DNA of 54,674 nucleotides, filler included, from Sphacelaria rigidula (Eukaryota), in the NCBI GenBank assembly GCA_964200075.2. It is 4 parts of 4 records of this genome, joined end to end, with 100 filler letters (N's around TTAATTAATTAA, not from the genome) between each part and the next. Parts side by side here need not be neighbours in the genome. Positions count along the whole stretch, not along the records: positions 27,390 to 40,982 come from CAXNAA020002782.1; positions 41,083 to 54,674 come from CAXNAA020002783.1; 2 more parts are not named here. One strand, given 5' to 3'. The translations under genes and the position numbers were made by a program. Below, piece by piece: positions 35,484 to 47,700 of this stretch. The stretch's first letter is position 1. Every line of letters starts with the position of its first letter. Below the pieces are notes generated by a model. That model did no database searches, was not told where the DNA came from, and worked only from the letters and a program-made list of their open reading frames with translations.

Positions 35484-38400
35484 ATGAGCAGCGATGAAGA
35501 ACGTAAGGAAAACAAAAGCAACAGCGACAGGAGCGCGGAACAGCGAACACCGCGAGATCGGGAAGATGACCCCCTGCTAGGATGGGGAACAGCACCCACC
35601 AAACGCGGTGGCGGAAAGTTTACCGGGGTCGGCATCGGTAGCAATAGCAGCGGTAGTGCGAGCAAAAATAAATCGTCGGATAAGCTGACGGGGGCTGCGA
35701 CGAATAGCAGTCAGGGGAAAAAGGCTCAGTATACTGAGGGCCCCCTGGGGGGGCATACGCGGAGGGCGTCTTACGACTCTGCCACTACTTTGGGATTGCC
35801 GAGGTGAGCCGTGCGTGCCGTGAGCTATGCTCATTGACTGACTGTCGCGCACAAACTATTGGGACGGCCGGCCTACGTCTGGAACCACGGGTTCGAGAGA
35901 TCGGGCTAATGCACGAAAATAATAATATTGATGGTAATTAGTGATGATGAGATGACAATAATAGTAACAATAACGAAGGCAAAAAGTATGATGAAAATGA
36001 TATACGATGATAATAATAATAGCATGATGATGATGTTACTAGAAATATTTCGATCCGTCACGAATCCAAACGTGGTGACGAGATGAGAGGTACAAGGCGT
36101 ACCCACGGCGAACGAAGGCAACACTCGGTCATTTTTTATATATACATCTTCCTCTGTCCCATAAGTAAATGTACCTAAATTTGTACGGGCCCTTGACGAT
36201 GTCCAATCGTTTTTTTTTTGTTTTGATGAACTCTACAATGTTTTTTGGTTCAAGAACACGTGTTCAAAATTTGCAGCTCGTGCTTGAACCATGCCGCCGA
36301 ACCTCTGCAAAAAAAGTAGTCGGCCCAAAAATGACCGTTTTTTGCCCCTTTCCGAGGAGAAAAGAAGTGTCGTACACCCGATGGAAGGCGGGGGCGATTA
36401 AAAAAAATCGAAAAAAAATGTTTCGACACTTCTTTTCCCCTCGGAAAGGGGCAAAAAACGGTCATTTTTGGGGCGACTACTTTTTTTGCAGAGGTTCGGC
36501 GGCATGGTTCAAGCACGAGCTGCAAATTTTGAACACATTTTCTTTACCCAAAAAACACCGTAGAGTTCATTAAAAAAAAAAGAGAAGATCGGACATCGTT
36601 AAGGGCCCGTACAAATTTAGGTACCTTTACTTATGGGACAGAGAAAATTTTATATTTATGTGCGAACTTTTGATATATTTCATGACGTTCATGCTTTTAT
36701 CTTCGAGTTGCGCTCTGTGTCTCCGTGTACAAAGTCGTGTTCTAGTAACCCTCGTGTGAAGGCGGGTTGCGCAGGGAGTGGCATCAGAAGACGTAAAAGC
36801 ATACCGTCTGGCCGAAGAACTCCAACGATCAGAGCGCTTGAGTCTTCGTGAGAGTTTCTGTTGTGCACTTCAATAGCTTACTGAATAGATACACGCATGT
36901 TCCCGGATTGTAGTGGCCGGAATCCTCACAAGCATACTGCACCTATTCGCGGGAGATTTTCTTCTTCATATTCAAGACAGCATTAGCCTCAAATACTTAC
37001 GACCAATCCCCGAGCTGGCTTGGCCTTACTACCTTATGTTCGTGGGAAAACTCGATACTCTCTCAGGAGGCGAACCCCAATTGACTGGACGACATCAACA
37101 TGTATGTGTGTGTATGTGTGTTTCGAATATACCAAATTACGGCTGAAAAGTGCAATCACACGGAGTCAACGCCATTCGTCGGTCATTGGTTATGCTGTAT
37201 GTACACATAAAGATATGATTTTTTTTTGTTCTTCATTCCTTCGTCCCCTCTGTTTGTTTATGCGCACTCAATGCTTGAAAAAAAGGATGAGGAGAAGATG
37301 ACGATCTCGCCCGAGGGCAAACACGACACTTGACTGCATGTCCAACGCTCTTTCACGACTGCTTTGCTCGTAGTGATTTTCGTGTCATGTATTCTTATTT
37401 TTCGGTTCGTTTGCTGAATCATCTGCACAGGCTCTCTTGTTTGTGTTTCGGGCTGATTTCATCGCTTTAGGTCATTATTTGCCAGCACTATCTATGCCCA
37501 GTTTCTGCACAGTGTGTCCGTTTTTATTTTCCATTCTCAATTTGGCATGTCCTCTCTACGGTGCATCCGGTGTTGGGTCATTCTCCAGGAGTTGGAGAAG
37601 GGGTATCCCTATATCGACTCAGTTCGCCACTGCAGGGCGTACCTCCCAGAAAAAGAGAGTGACATTTTTCATGTGTGTATATGGTGTGTATTTTTGTGTT
37701 GGTCTGTTGTCTCTTGCGATCGCGGGTATGATCAGAAGACCTACTGTGACTTGTAAAAAACAAGAATTAACATTTTTTCGTCGCGTATGTCGTTCTGATT
37801 TCATTTCGTTTTAAAAAAACGAGTTTTGGGTTCTTCCATGTAACCATGTAACCATGTAACCATGTAACCATGTAACCATGTAACTTTCGACTTTCGACCG
37901 CGAGTGTGATCGAAAGGGCCAAGGTTTAAGAAAAGATGATAACAAGAAAAGTCGACGGCATTTTGTCTTTTCAAGTCGAAACAACTGTCCGCTATTCGCA
38001 TCTGTGGGGTCCTCATCTTCGTTTGGGAAGACGAGTCTCGAGTCGCGTCCGATTGGAGTCTTGGGAGTTTCCAGGATGGGGAAGCCACTTCAGCATGACG
38101 GCGCCGCCGGGATTGGCCGTCACGCACGCCGCAAAAGTGCACGGGTGAGGAAGTGGAAGATCACTGCTGATGTACGTAGCCATGTCGTGCAGTGCTAGTA
38201 GGGAAAATATAGTTACCCGGAAACACGTTTGGACCTGTCCCGTTCTGCCGTTTTGTGTGGGAGCACAAGCCGAAACCAAATGCGGGTGAATCCGTGGGAA
38301 TTATCTCCAACAGCGGGATACAACCGATTCCGTAGGATTATCGACCATTATACGTAGCCCGCTCTTATTTCCTCTTGTTGGTATTTTTCCTGCATTTTTC

Positions 38401-39600
38401 GCCACCCGGTGGTCATTACTCAGTAAGTTCATACAACGATAGCGTTAGTAACGCATGGCCTCGTTACATTCAATATCCGACAACATCGTACCCCTGTGCA
38501 CCGTTTCACCCCGCACTTCGGAAACAAAGAAAATGCCAGTGGTACCACCCCCATCCAGAACGGCTTCACATCATATGTGTGAGTTTCATCTCATCTATCC
38601 TGGACGTCGGTCGACACCTATCGGTATATGTTGGTACACCAGCGGGGGCATGCAGGAAAAAGGCCACACGGGAGCTTTTCCTGTTCGTATTTATTTCAAT
38701 TCTCCACTTTTATCCTGCGGTGATTCCTTCATTTTTATTGCAAGAAGAGCTCGGCGTTCCATTTCCCTCGTCCATACTTATAATCGAATTTTGCTTACTC
38801 ACGAAATAGTCGCTTCCCACTGGTGTTAATATTCATGTTGTGAGCAAGAAACAGGTCGTCATACGGATTTATTGATTGTAGCACGATTGCGGTAAATCTA
38901 GATTATTGCGAATTCCCCCGATATGTTTAGATGGCACTTTCAGAGGCACTCGTCCACTGGTGAGCGGTGAGTGGGAGAAACTGAGCTGAAGATAATAGAT
39001 ATTTTGACTCGCCAAAGGTCCCTGCCATGCTCCAGAGTTATACTGCGGCTGTCGGTCTTTTTTTTTTGTTGCACTTTGAACTTTTCCCCTTCCTCAGGAC
39101 GAGTCCGTGGTCTAACAGTCTCAAGGGATCAACCCATCTCTCCCCGGTACACGCCTTGCATGTTGGTCTCGCGGATTGGGTAATGACTATCAGCACTCCT
39201 GTACCGCGCCAACTCACGTCAAACAAACTCTGTCGACTACTTGTTTACTCACGTTCTCACGCCTTCCACGGTGAAAATCAAATTCTACGGAGAAAAAACT
39301 TGACGCATCGGGAATCGAACCCTCGTTCTCTCCACCCCAATGGTGACAAGCGGACCATCACACCACCGGGGCGCGGCGAGTCTACGGGGGTACAATCGTA
39401 ACAGCCGTAACAGAGCTTGTTCACTGTTCCTGTCAGTTGACTATCATCGCCATGCGCATTGATATTTTGAATCTTCACTCCGTGTACGTGCACATGTATG
39501 TGTTCTTATTTCGTTCTGTACTTGTGCATGTGCACACCAGCGAAGCGAAGCTGGGAGAGTGGGCAGCGACAGCTATCTCCGGCAATGATATACTTTCGAG
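35484..39600 (+). CDS. APC-superfamily amino-acid permease, first two putative exons
   Basis: Exon 35484-35803 (hydrophilic MSSDEERKENK...TTLGLP, ends AG|gtgag, phase 2) splices in frame to exon 39541-39600 (cag|C...AG|gtcagt), giving PSEAKLGEWAATAISGNDILS(S). This matches the TM1 motif LGxWxATAIxGNDIxSS that I recall from an APC permease subfamily. The rest was not found before the contig end. Confidence 0.65.
36149..36645. mobile_element. ~0.5-kb foldback MITE, Stowaway/Tc1-mariner-like termini
   Basis: Termini CTCTGTCCCATAAGTAAA / TTTACTTATGGGACAGAG, with ~220-bp complementary arms and a ~50-nt spacer (~36373-36423). Confidence 0.88.
37836..37884 (+). repeat. (CCATGTAA)6 tandem 8-mer
   Basis: Direct reading. 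Confidence 0.9.
38570..38828 (-). mobile_element. SINE family A copy, degenerate
   Basis: Reverse complement of the 53588-53950 body (TCTATCCTGGACGT...CACCAGCGGG...ATAGTCGCTTCCCAC). Confidence 0.7.
39056..39373 (-). mobile_element. tRNA-derived SINE family B, apparently full length
   Basis: The minus strand starts CGCCCCGGTGGTGTGATGGT (A box)...GGGTTCGATTCCCG (B box) and ends GACCACGGACTCGTCCTGAGGAAGGGG...TTCAAAGTGCAAC+poly(A). Confidence 0.8.
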
Positions 39601-39925
39601 GTCAGTAAATGAAAGCATTGATAGTGGCGGGGATGATCAGGGGTAGTGTACTGTATGTATCCTTCGGTTACCTGTGTTTTTCGAGGTAGTATTGAGTTCA
39701 GTAGTAGCAGAGGTTACCTCAAATGTCAAGTGCCGGAAATACTGAATATTTCAGAGTAGCTAGCTGGGTTTATCGGGTCATGAAAAGTACGGAGTAGAGT
39801 ATGACCACTTCGTTCCTACCATACCCTGGCCACTGTTGAAAATAGAGTACTACGTAGTATGCAGTATGATCAGAGCTGCTTCCAGTGCAAGATTGCTATG
39901 GCCGTAGTTGGTTCGGAATTCTGTC

Positions 39926-40005
39926 AACCCCTGGGAAACCCATTGACGCTTTTTGTTTTGTGAATCGGCATCATTTTGACTTGCAAATGGCTGAAAATGA
40001 TGCCA
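39926..40005. mobile_element. piggyBac-type MITE, truncated copy
   Basis: AACCC...GTGAATCGGCATCATTTTGAC...AAAATGATGCC core shared with 45434-45551. Confidence 0.65.
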
Positions 40006-40982
40006 AAGGGTCAATTTTAACCGTTTATTATGGCGATGAATCCCGAATCTGCAGGGACCCCAACCTGCGCAAAATCGGGGTGGCTCAGAGTTGCGGAAGT
40101 CAGATTTACAGGTGTCCTATTATGGTTTCGCAGACTCCTTGAAATCGTTCTGTACATGAGAGTCATTTTCTGCAGGGGTGTAGTATCGCTTACTCTTAAA
40201 GCCGAAGGACAGGGCAACCAGTGAATCATCCTTCAAGAACAGCGTCGTACCGTGGTACCAAAGAGTATGTACAGTGCAGTGTACTCGAATATCACTGTAT
40301 ACAATCATGCCATGCAATCGGTCTCATACGGATTTTTCGTAGTGTAGGTGCCCTTTTTCCGTGTAGATGTTCTGTTCTTTGTCTCCTTCTGCGGGCTGTT
40401 TGGGTTATGGGTACGGATGGTATACTTCTTGCTCTCTGTGACCACGGGTTCGAGAGATCGAGCTAATGTGGCGGATATAATAATAATAAATGATGATAAT
40501 AATACATGAGCGTACAGTGGTTATACGGTATTGCGAGGATAGAGCGAGAAGAGTGCAGTATGAGTGCAGTGCCGTACATCACCCTGCAAGCACAATAACA
40601 ACAGACAGTAGCATACTACAGCACCGTTCGTTACGGTGGTACACACGACAGTGCAGTGCATTGTGGTGTATTACCATCGTCGCAGGGTACGGCGTCGACA
40701 TTTCTTATCCGCTTGTCAAACCCCCTTCACGCTACCTGTGCCACGAAGTTGCTCCAGCAGCGATCACGGGTAGGTGCGGTCTGTACTGTCACGAGACTGT
40801 CTGCTGCTACAGTTTTCAAAAGATCAAACGCCTCTTGCCTTTTCATCGTGCGCCACAGTTCGTACGGCGTCTTCCTACAGATTTGGGGGGGGGGGGCGGG
40901 GGGTCAATTTTCCCCTGATCTGTAGCGCAGCAGATTTGGGAAATTCGTGCAAAAGTCGAAAAATCCCGATCTGAGCTCTTCC

Positions 40983-41082
40983 NNNNNNNNNNNNNNNNNN
41001 NNNNNNNNNNNNNNNNNNNNNNNNNNTTAATTAATTAANNNNNNNNNNNNNNNNNNNNNNNNNNNNNNNNNNNNNNNNNNNN
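40983..41082. other. Artificial contig linker
   Basis: N44-TTAATTAATTAA-N44. Confidence 0.98.
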
Positions 41083-41101
41083 AACGCTGAAACAAACCCT
41101 A

Positions 41102-41177
41102 GGGATTGACTCGTCACGAGTCGACTCATCATACTAAAATCAAGTAATTTCCAGACGAATTAGTATTTGTCCGACCC
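41102..41177. repeat. ~76-bp short interspersed element, second copy
   Basis: Reverse complement of 6241-6316; GGG...CCC ends. Confidence 0.7.
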
Positions 41178-44100
41178 TTGAACTTTTCACGGGATAAAAC
41201 CTAGATGAAATATTTAGACGCCGTTTTTCTTTGCCGCGATTGTGAACGGAGACAAAAAAAGGCACGATCATGGCACAAAATTAGCGTTGTACACATGAAT
41301 CTAACGTGAAACAGGAGATTTACACCTGTACAGCACCAGAATAAGACACAGCGGCTGCTCAGCCATCACGTGAAGTTTGAAATCTTGTCTAGAGAGAACT
41401 TTGTTCCCATCCCATTTCTGTACAGACGGGGACACAATAATAGCAGTACAGCAGCTCAGGCAATGTCCAGCGCAGATCAAACCGCGTTCGCAGGGTTTGA
41501 ACGCACCGCAATACAGTAATAGCTACAACATTGGAATTATGGGTGTGGGCACGAAGCCCCCACGAGATATTTTCACCCACTAGTTCAGAGTACGAACGTT
41601 CTCTCGGGGAAGTATAAAGTTCAACATGCCGAGCACTGCGCTTGAGGAGGCGTTTCAGTGTCCCTCGTGACAGCCCTTAGCGAATTGCGTCGCTTGTCAG
41701 TATGATGAGTTGGCACACAGAGCCAGCACACAAACAGATACACACACGATGACACTGCGCCGCGATCCTCCTGTTCCTGGATCTGCTGAGTTGCCTTATA
41801 GCCAATCAATTTTGGTGGGCAAGACTTATCTATGTACGTAGTCAGTAGCTGTATTTTATGGAGTGGGGGCAAGGTGAATAAAGTGACGAACGGTCGCTTT
41901 ACTCTGGCACAGGTAGCTTCTTCATTCCACGCCCACTGATTTTGCCCGATGTAAGCCGATCATTGTGGATCGCACACGATCATGCTGGCCAGACTCTTCG
42001 CGGATGTTCGATTGGCGGAGCTTTGGTGATGACGTCTAAGTGCTGCTGCGTTGAGCACTGGGCACGTCCCATGTCGCGTCTTGACACCGACTGTTTATAT
42101 ATGTATATATATATATATATCAAAAACTCATGCTTATGTACCTGCGACCGAAAAAAAAAAATTCTAGCAGGAGAAAAAGGAATGGTTCGCGCAGCCCACG
42201 TACCTGGATTCTGAGGGAAACTTTCAGAAGGACCGAGCTTCTATTCGTCAGCTTATGACTGTTGAGTGGACTTTCGGAGGATGTTCGTTTTTGTTACCTG
42301 GGTCGTCAGATATTTCTTTTTTTCAGGACTTTCGAGTCACTCTAACATGCTAGGTACTAAGAGTTGAGGTGTTATTTGCATGATGTTCGGCTATAACATG
42401 GCGATGTTCCAACCGAACACACCCCGTGAAATATAGTGGTGCATAGTAAACTACTTCGCCCCCAGAATAGGTACTCAATGCGTTCGGAAGCTGTTTCTTA
42501 CGCCATTTTCCAAAAGGTGGGAAATGAAATTTACATGCGTGTCCCTGGAGGAACGCCCGACGTCATCAATGACTGACGCTCATTATGTTCACCGGCGTTT
42601 ACAAATTGCTCGGGGTCCCCGACCGAAATCTCCCGATACGGAAGGGCAGGGACTCAACAAATGAGGCGAAACCGGGCGACCTTAAAAAGTCCCGTCACTG
42701 ACGACGTCTGACTTTTCGTCAGCACAACGTATTGAAATATTCGCTTCTTATATCTCGATAATGGTGTACTGTAAGCAACTGAGTAAACGTGAAACTGTTT
42801 CGGGTGTATGTTCCCGGGCTGTAAACAACATCTGATCTGTGTTTGCCATGGTTTTCAAGGGTTAACATGCTGAATCCCACAGTGTGTTCCAAAGATGTGC
42901 TCGGGGCTGTCAGTGTTTGAGTGCATTTTAACTCCGCGTAGCGGGATCTGTGGTCCTCGGATCAAAACACAGTGATCAATCGGACCGGGATCTGGGATCC
43001 AGGGATCAAACTAAAGAGATCAATCAGGTCGGGGAACGGAGTACGGGCAAAAGGCCGGATTCGGGGGATAGTTGAAGTTCGGTCAAAGCGAGCAAGTGTT
43101 TTATAGCTAGTGCCGTGAGCTGGCTCTATGCCAGCGCTACGGGAAAAATCAAGCTGGACAGAGAGTAGACGCAACAAATTCCCTCTTGCCCTGCCTGAGT
43201 TTGACCTTAGTGGGTATCTCACATGTCTATGGCAACCAAGTGTGTATGTGAGGTCCCCTGTTGGAGAGAGCGCTAAAGCAGAGGCCCGTGCGCGCGGTCG
43301 AAAGAGAAGGTGGCTGGGTCAACGCGTGCCGCAGACGTTGTCGCCGATTGGTTGGGGAACTGTACATATTTGTTTTGGTAGCAGCCACGGTTCACGTTCA
43401 TGGAAGGAGTAAAGCTGAACACATGTGGCGAGAATAATGCATTGGTTGCGCAGAGCGTGCTGTAGTTACACGAATGCGTAGTACGTGGGGCAAAAGACCG
43501 CACATCAGGAATAGGTGTGTAGCAGCTCATGGATAGGTTAGTTTCTTTCTTAGTTGAACATCTCTCCCAAAACTTCCTCAAATCGAGAACAATGGTTGGG
43601 GGAGGGGGGGGTAGTAGTGGGTGGTAGATCTGTTCTTGTATTTGCTACGTGAGTCTGATTCCAATGTGGATGGTTTTCTCCCACAGGTTGGTGTGCGTAC
43701 TGCTGTACAATGAGTTCATTTCAGTTCCATGAAGTAACACCAAACTGGGCAACCAGTAGGGTCTCCGGTGTTGGATCTACGGTACAGCAGTGAGGCATTT
43801 ACGTTCTCTGTTTCGACCGCTACACGCAGTGGGCTTTACTATCGCAATCGGCGTGTCAGAGACATGCGTGAATTTTTCATTTGATGCCTGGCGGGAGGCC
43901 ACGCGCCCACCCTCACTTCCTTCTCTCTTCCCTTGCTTGGCTATACAATGCGACAACTTCTGCACTATCCTGATTGACTATCACTGCCGTGTCCATTGAA
44001 ATGATCCATCGGCGCGATATATACTATTACCGCATACGGAAAAAACAAGGTAACGATAAAACCACGGGAAGAATAAAGATCACTATTACCGCAGAGGGTA

Positions 44101-44791
44101 ACAAGCGCGATCTTGGCCTTGAACGCTAGCTGTACCGTCCCTTACTCATGCGTGTAGTGACAATACCCGTTAAGCAGCACAGCATGAGTACTGCTTTAGT
44201 TTTTTTTCATCACATCACCCGGGGGTAAGTAATATGGGTAAGAACTGGATATGTGGAACCCCTGCCTCTGGGAATACGTTTTGGGGGGTGTTTATTGTTA
44301 AGAAAATACCGAGGGGTATCGTAGATTGGAGTTTCCGACCCCTTCACCTACACCCACCTCCCTGCCCGAAGACGAGAAATTTTAATTTTCAACAAGATGA
44401 GCAATGCTCGTCACAATACCGTATCACGAAATACGGTGAGCGCCCGCTCGCCTGCCGTGCAGTCCGGGCCGGGGGACCGGGTGTTGCCTGCCGTAACAAG
44501 CCGAAGATACCATCAGAAATACTCTGGAAGCTTCATATGCTCCCACCAATGGAACGCACATGTCCCCACACATCGAAACAGTGTTTTTTTCTAGGATGCG
44601 CACGGCCGTTTCCAGTGGGCACGTTTGGTGCAAATCTCGTCAAATGTCAGCGTCAATTTTTCCCCACGTTTGCGCCCTCCAAGGGCCCAAGGGGGTCGTA
44701 GACCAATCTCACCATGGCGGCGAAACATACCACATCTAATTTTACCATTCGTACGTGCGACGACTGGGTCTGTTTGATCGTGGATCACACA

Positions 44792-47700
44792 TCATTCGGT
44801 ACCCTGGTCATTATTTTCCACCCCTCGTCCCTGTTCTCTGGTATGCCTCGCGGTCGTCGATGTCGCATGCAAGGCCGCTCCCCGCGCCGCCGCAACCTGC
44901 AGCGCCAAATCCTCTACGGTGCTTGCCAAATGAGGTATAGCTTCCAGTCCACCCGTCACCGCCGCCAGGCCACCGATGGTCATCTCGATTTGTTCCGCCA
45001 GTATCTCGATGTTTGCCGTCATTGTCTCCATCGCTTCGTGTATAGTCCGCATCTGATGCCGATCGAGCCACGCGAATTTACAGTGTACGGCAACATTTAA
45101 AATTTTACGTACATGTGTCTTGCGCTACTATATACTTCGTATACTACACGTGCTTTGATGTATGTACTGTAGTGCGGCGGTAATGAAGGCAGCGACATCA
45201 ACTAGCCTTCAGTTGGTCTAGTGCAACCCGGACGCGCACCAACGCGCAACTGCAGGCATACATTTTCAATATTTTTCACTGCGTTTTATGCGTGAGCATT
45301 GTACAACATTCGCGAGGCGTATATGAATCCTTGTCACCACACACGCAAGTGCGGCCAACGATTGAGCAACCACATACATGTAGCACGAGCAAACATGAAT
45401 ACGAAGCACGCAGTCAACAACGGGCATTATTAACCCTTTTGGAACCCGTTGACGATTGTTGTTTTTGTTAATCGGCATCATTTTGACTTTAAAATGAATG
45501 AAAATGATGCCGATTCACAAAAACAAACTTCGTCAGTGGGTTCCAAAAGGGTTAACGGGGATGTTTTTTTTTTGCAGTCTTTTCCGACTTTCTCGTGGCA
45601 AAAACGTTCCTTACCGAGAGCTGTGAACGCAGATTTCTAGAGAAGATTAAGCAATAGATTAAATAAAGACTAACTACATATAACTCCGAAAATCTAGCGT
45701 TGGGTTCTGTTTTTCGGCTATTTTTTCTTTTCACGTCGCAAAAAAAAAGAGTTCGATCTTTCTGAAAAGGTAGAAAAAGTCTGAAAAAAAGCCCCATGAG
45801 CGATAACCCTCCGAAATTGTGCGAGGTACAGCGAAGATGGCAGCGACACCATGAGGGGTACCTTTGTACACACCTTCGTCGCGGTCTCCACTGCAGCCGT
45901 GGCAGCTTCTAGCTGCATCGTGGATAATAGGTGCTCTCGCGCGGTCCTTTCAGTCTCGATTTCCTGAGCCGTCTTCGAAAGCTGCTGTTCCACGCTTGCT
46001 AACCTTGCTGTCAAGGTCGTGTTTTGTTGCTCTTCGTGCTTCAATCTCGCCACCAATGCTTCAACCTTGTGTTTGAATCCGTGCAGCAGATACATCGAAT
46101 AGGCAATAGTAGTTACTTGCCAGGTTACTCGGGGACCTCTAACTCACGCCCACGTGAGAGGTGGCACTAGAAGGGATGGACCATCCCAAAAATGGGGTGG
46201 GAAGACCACCCTGAATGACCTCCGGTACTGTAGACGGTCAACTGCTCCTGTCTCCCAGCACGACGGCGGAAGGATCCCGCCTTACGGTCGTTAGGTACTA
46301 GGTAAATATTAGACACGGCGTGCTACGTATGTCGTATCATTCTGAAATTTTCAATACACCGGACTTCATTGCAATATATTCTCACCTGCACCTCGTAGAC
46401 ACGTCGAACCCACGCATGATCGCTGTCCTTCTCCTCCGGGTTCGCATCCCGAACCCTCTGCTCGTCTGGCCTGTCCACCGTTTGCATATCCATCGAACCC
46501 CCCCCCTCGGTAAATACACTCCATAACGAACCTTGTCTGTCCAGAGTAAGTGAGCTCTTGGAGCTATCCCTTGTGTTTGTAGAGGCTACGATTGCCGCCA
46601 GTGATTCTACAACCGAAGGAATCGCCGACCGAAGCTGCCCATCCCGGGATAGGCCGTCGATGTTTCCATGCTGTAGAGAAACCACACCAGTACCCCGTTC
46701 GTTTTGTGGTGTAAAAGTACCCTGCACGCGGGACTCGCTCTCCGCTGCTGTAGCGGTGGTATTTTCCCCCTGTTCATCTGGCGATGCAACAAGGCTGGTC
46801 TTGGCTTCTTCGCCGGTGCGCTCTTCTGCAGCTGCGCGAAAATTCTCGAAATTTTGCTCCATTTCTTTTCTCATGATTTCCAACTGTGCCGTCATGAACG
46901 CCTCGTGCGCCGCAATTCTTGCCTCCAAGATTTGCTGTGCGTTTGACGCTCGCGCTTGACTACCCGCAACGACCGCGGCGGGGCGATTTTTTCGTGCTTC
47001 ACTCCGTGCATTAGCGGTGCTTCCCGGTGGTTCGTGAGAACCTCTTCTGTCTGTTGCCGCAGCGTTCGCGAACAAGTCGCCGTCTGCCTCGTGGACCCAA
47101 TCTCCACTCGCCTGGGCTGAGTCTCTATTTCTCGGGGACACCCATCGGCCTCCATGGTCGCCCTTACCCGGAACTGCCGAACCCTCCACATTTTCGACCT
47201 CATACACATGCCCTCCTACCGCTTCGTAGCTCATGGAAGAGCCGGATGCCGACGACCCGTTCCCGAAGCTGAGGGACGGAGTGTTTGTGGCAGACTCATT
47301 GGAGGTGAAAGAACCCAAATGGTCAGACCAACGGTCTGCTTCGATGAGGGTCGAGGCACTGCAATGGAAACGAGATGCAGCGTCTGTGAAAAACGTACGT
47401 CTCGAGCGATTGGTGTAGCCTCCGGCGTGGCTTGACACCGCCTCGGTGTTTTCCTTCATCGCGTCCCAAATGGTCAGGCGCCCCTCTCTTCCGTTCTCCG
47501 TGCCGCCCAATGCATTATCGGCTGCGTCACTCATTTGCGCGAAATCGTCTGCTTCGAGTGCGCGCTGTCTCCCTTTTGCCGTGCCGCCGGCGTGATCGCC
47601 CACCTTGTCATGATCGCAACGTTTTCTGTCTCTCTTTACCTCGGCACGCGGACTAAGTGTCACTGCGGTAAGGTGTTCTATCGCTGACATGGAAAGCGTC

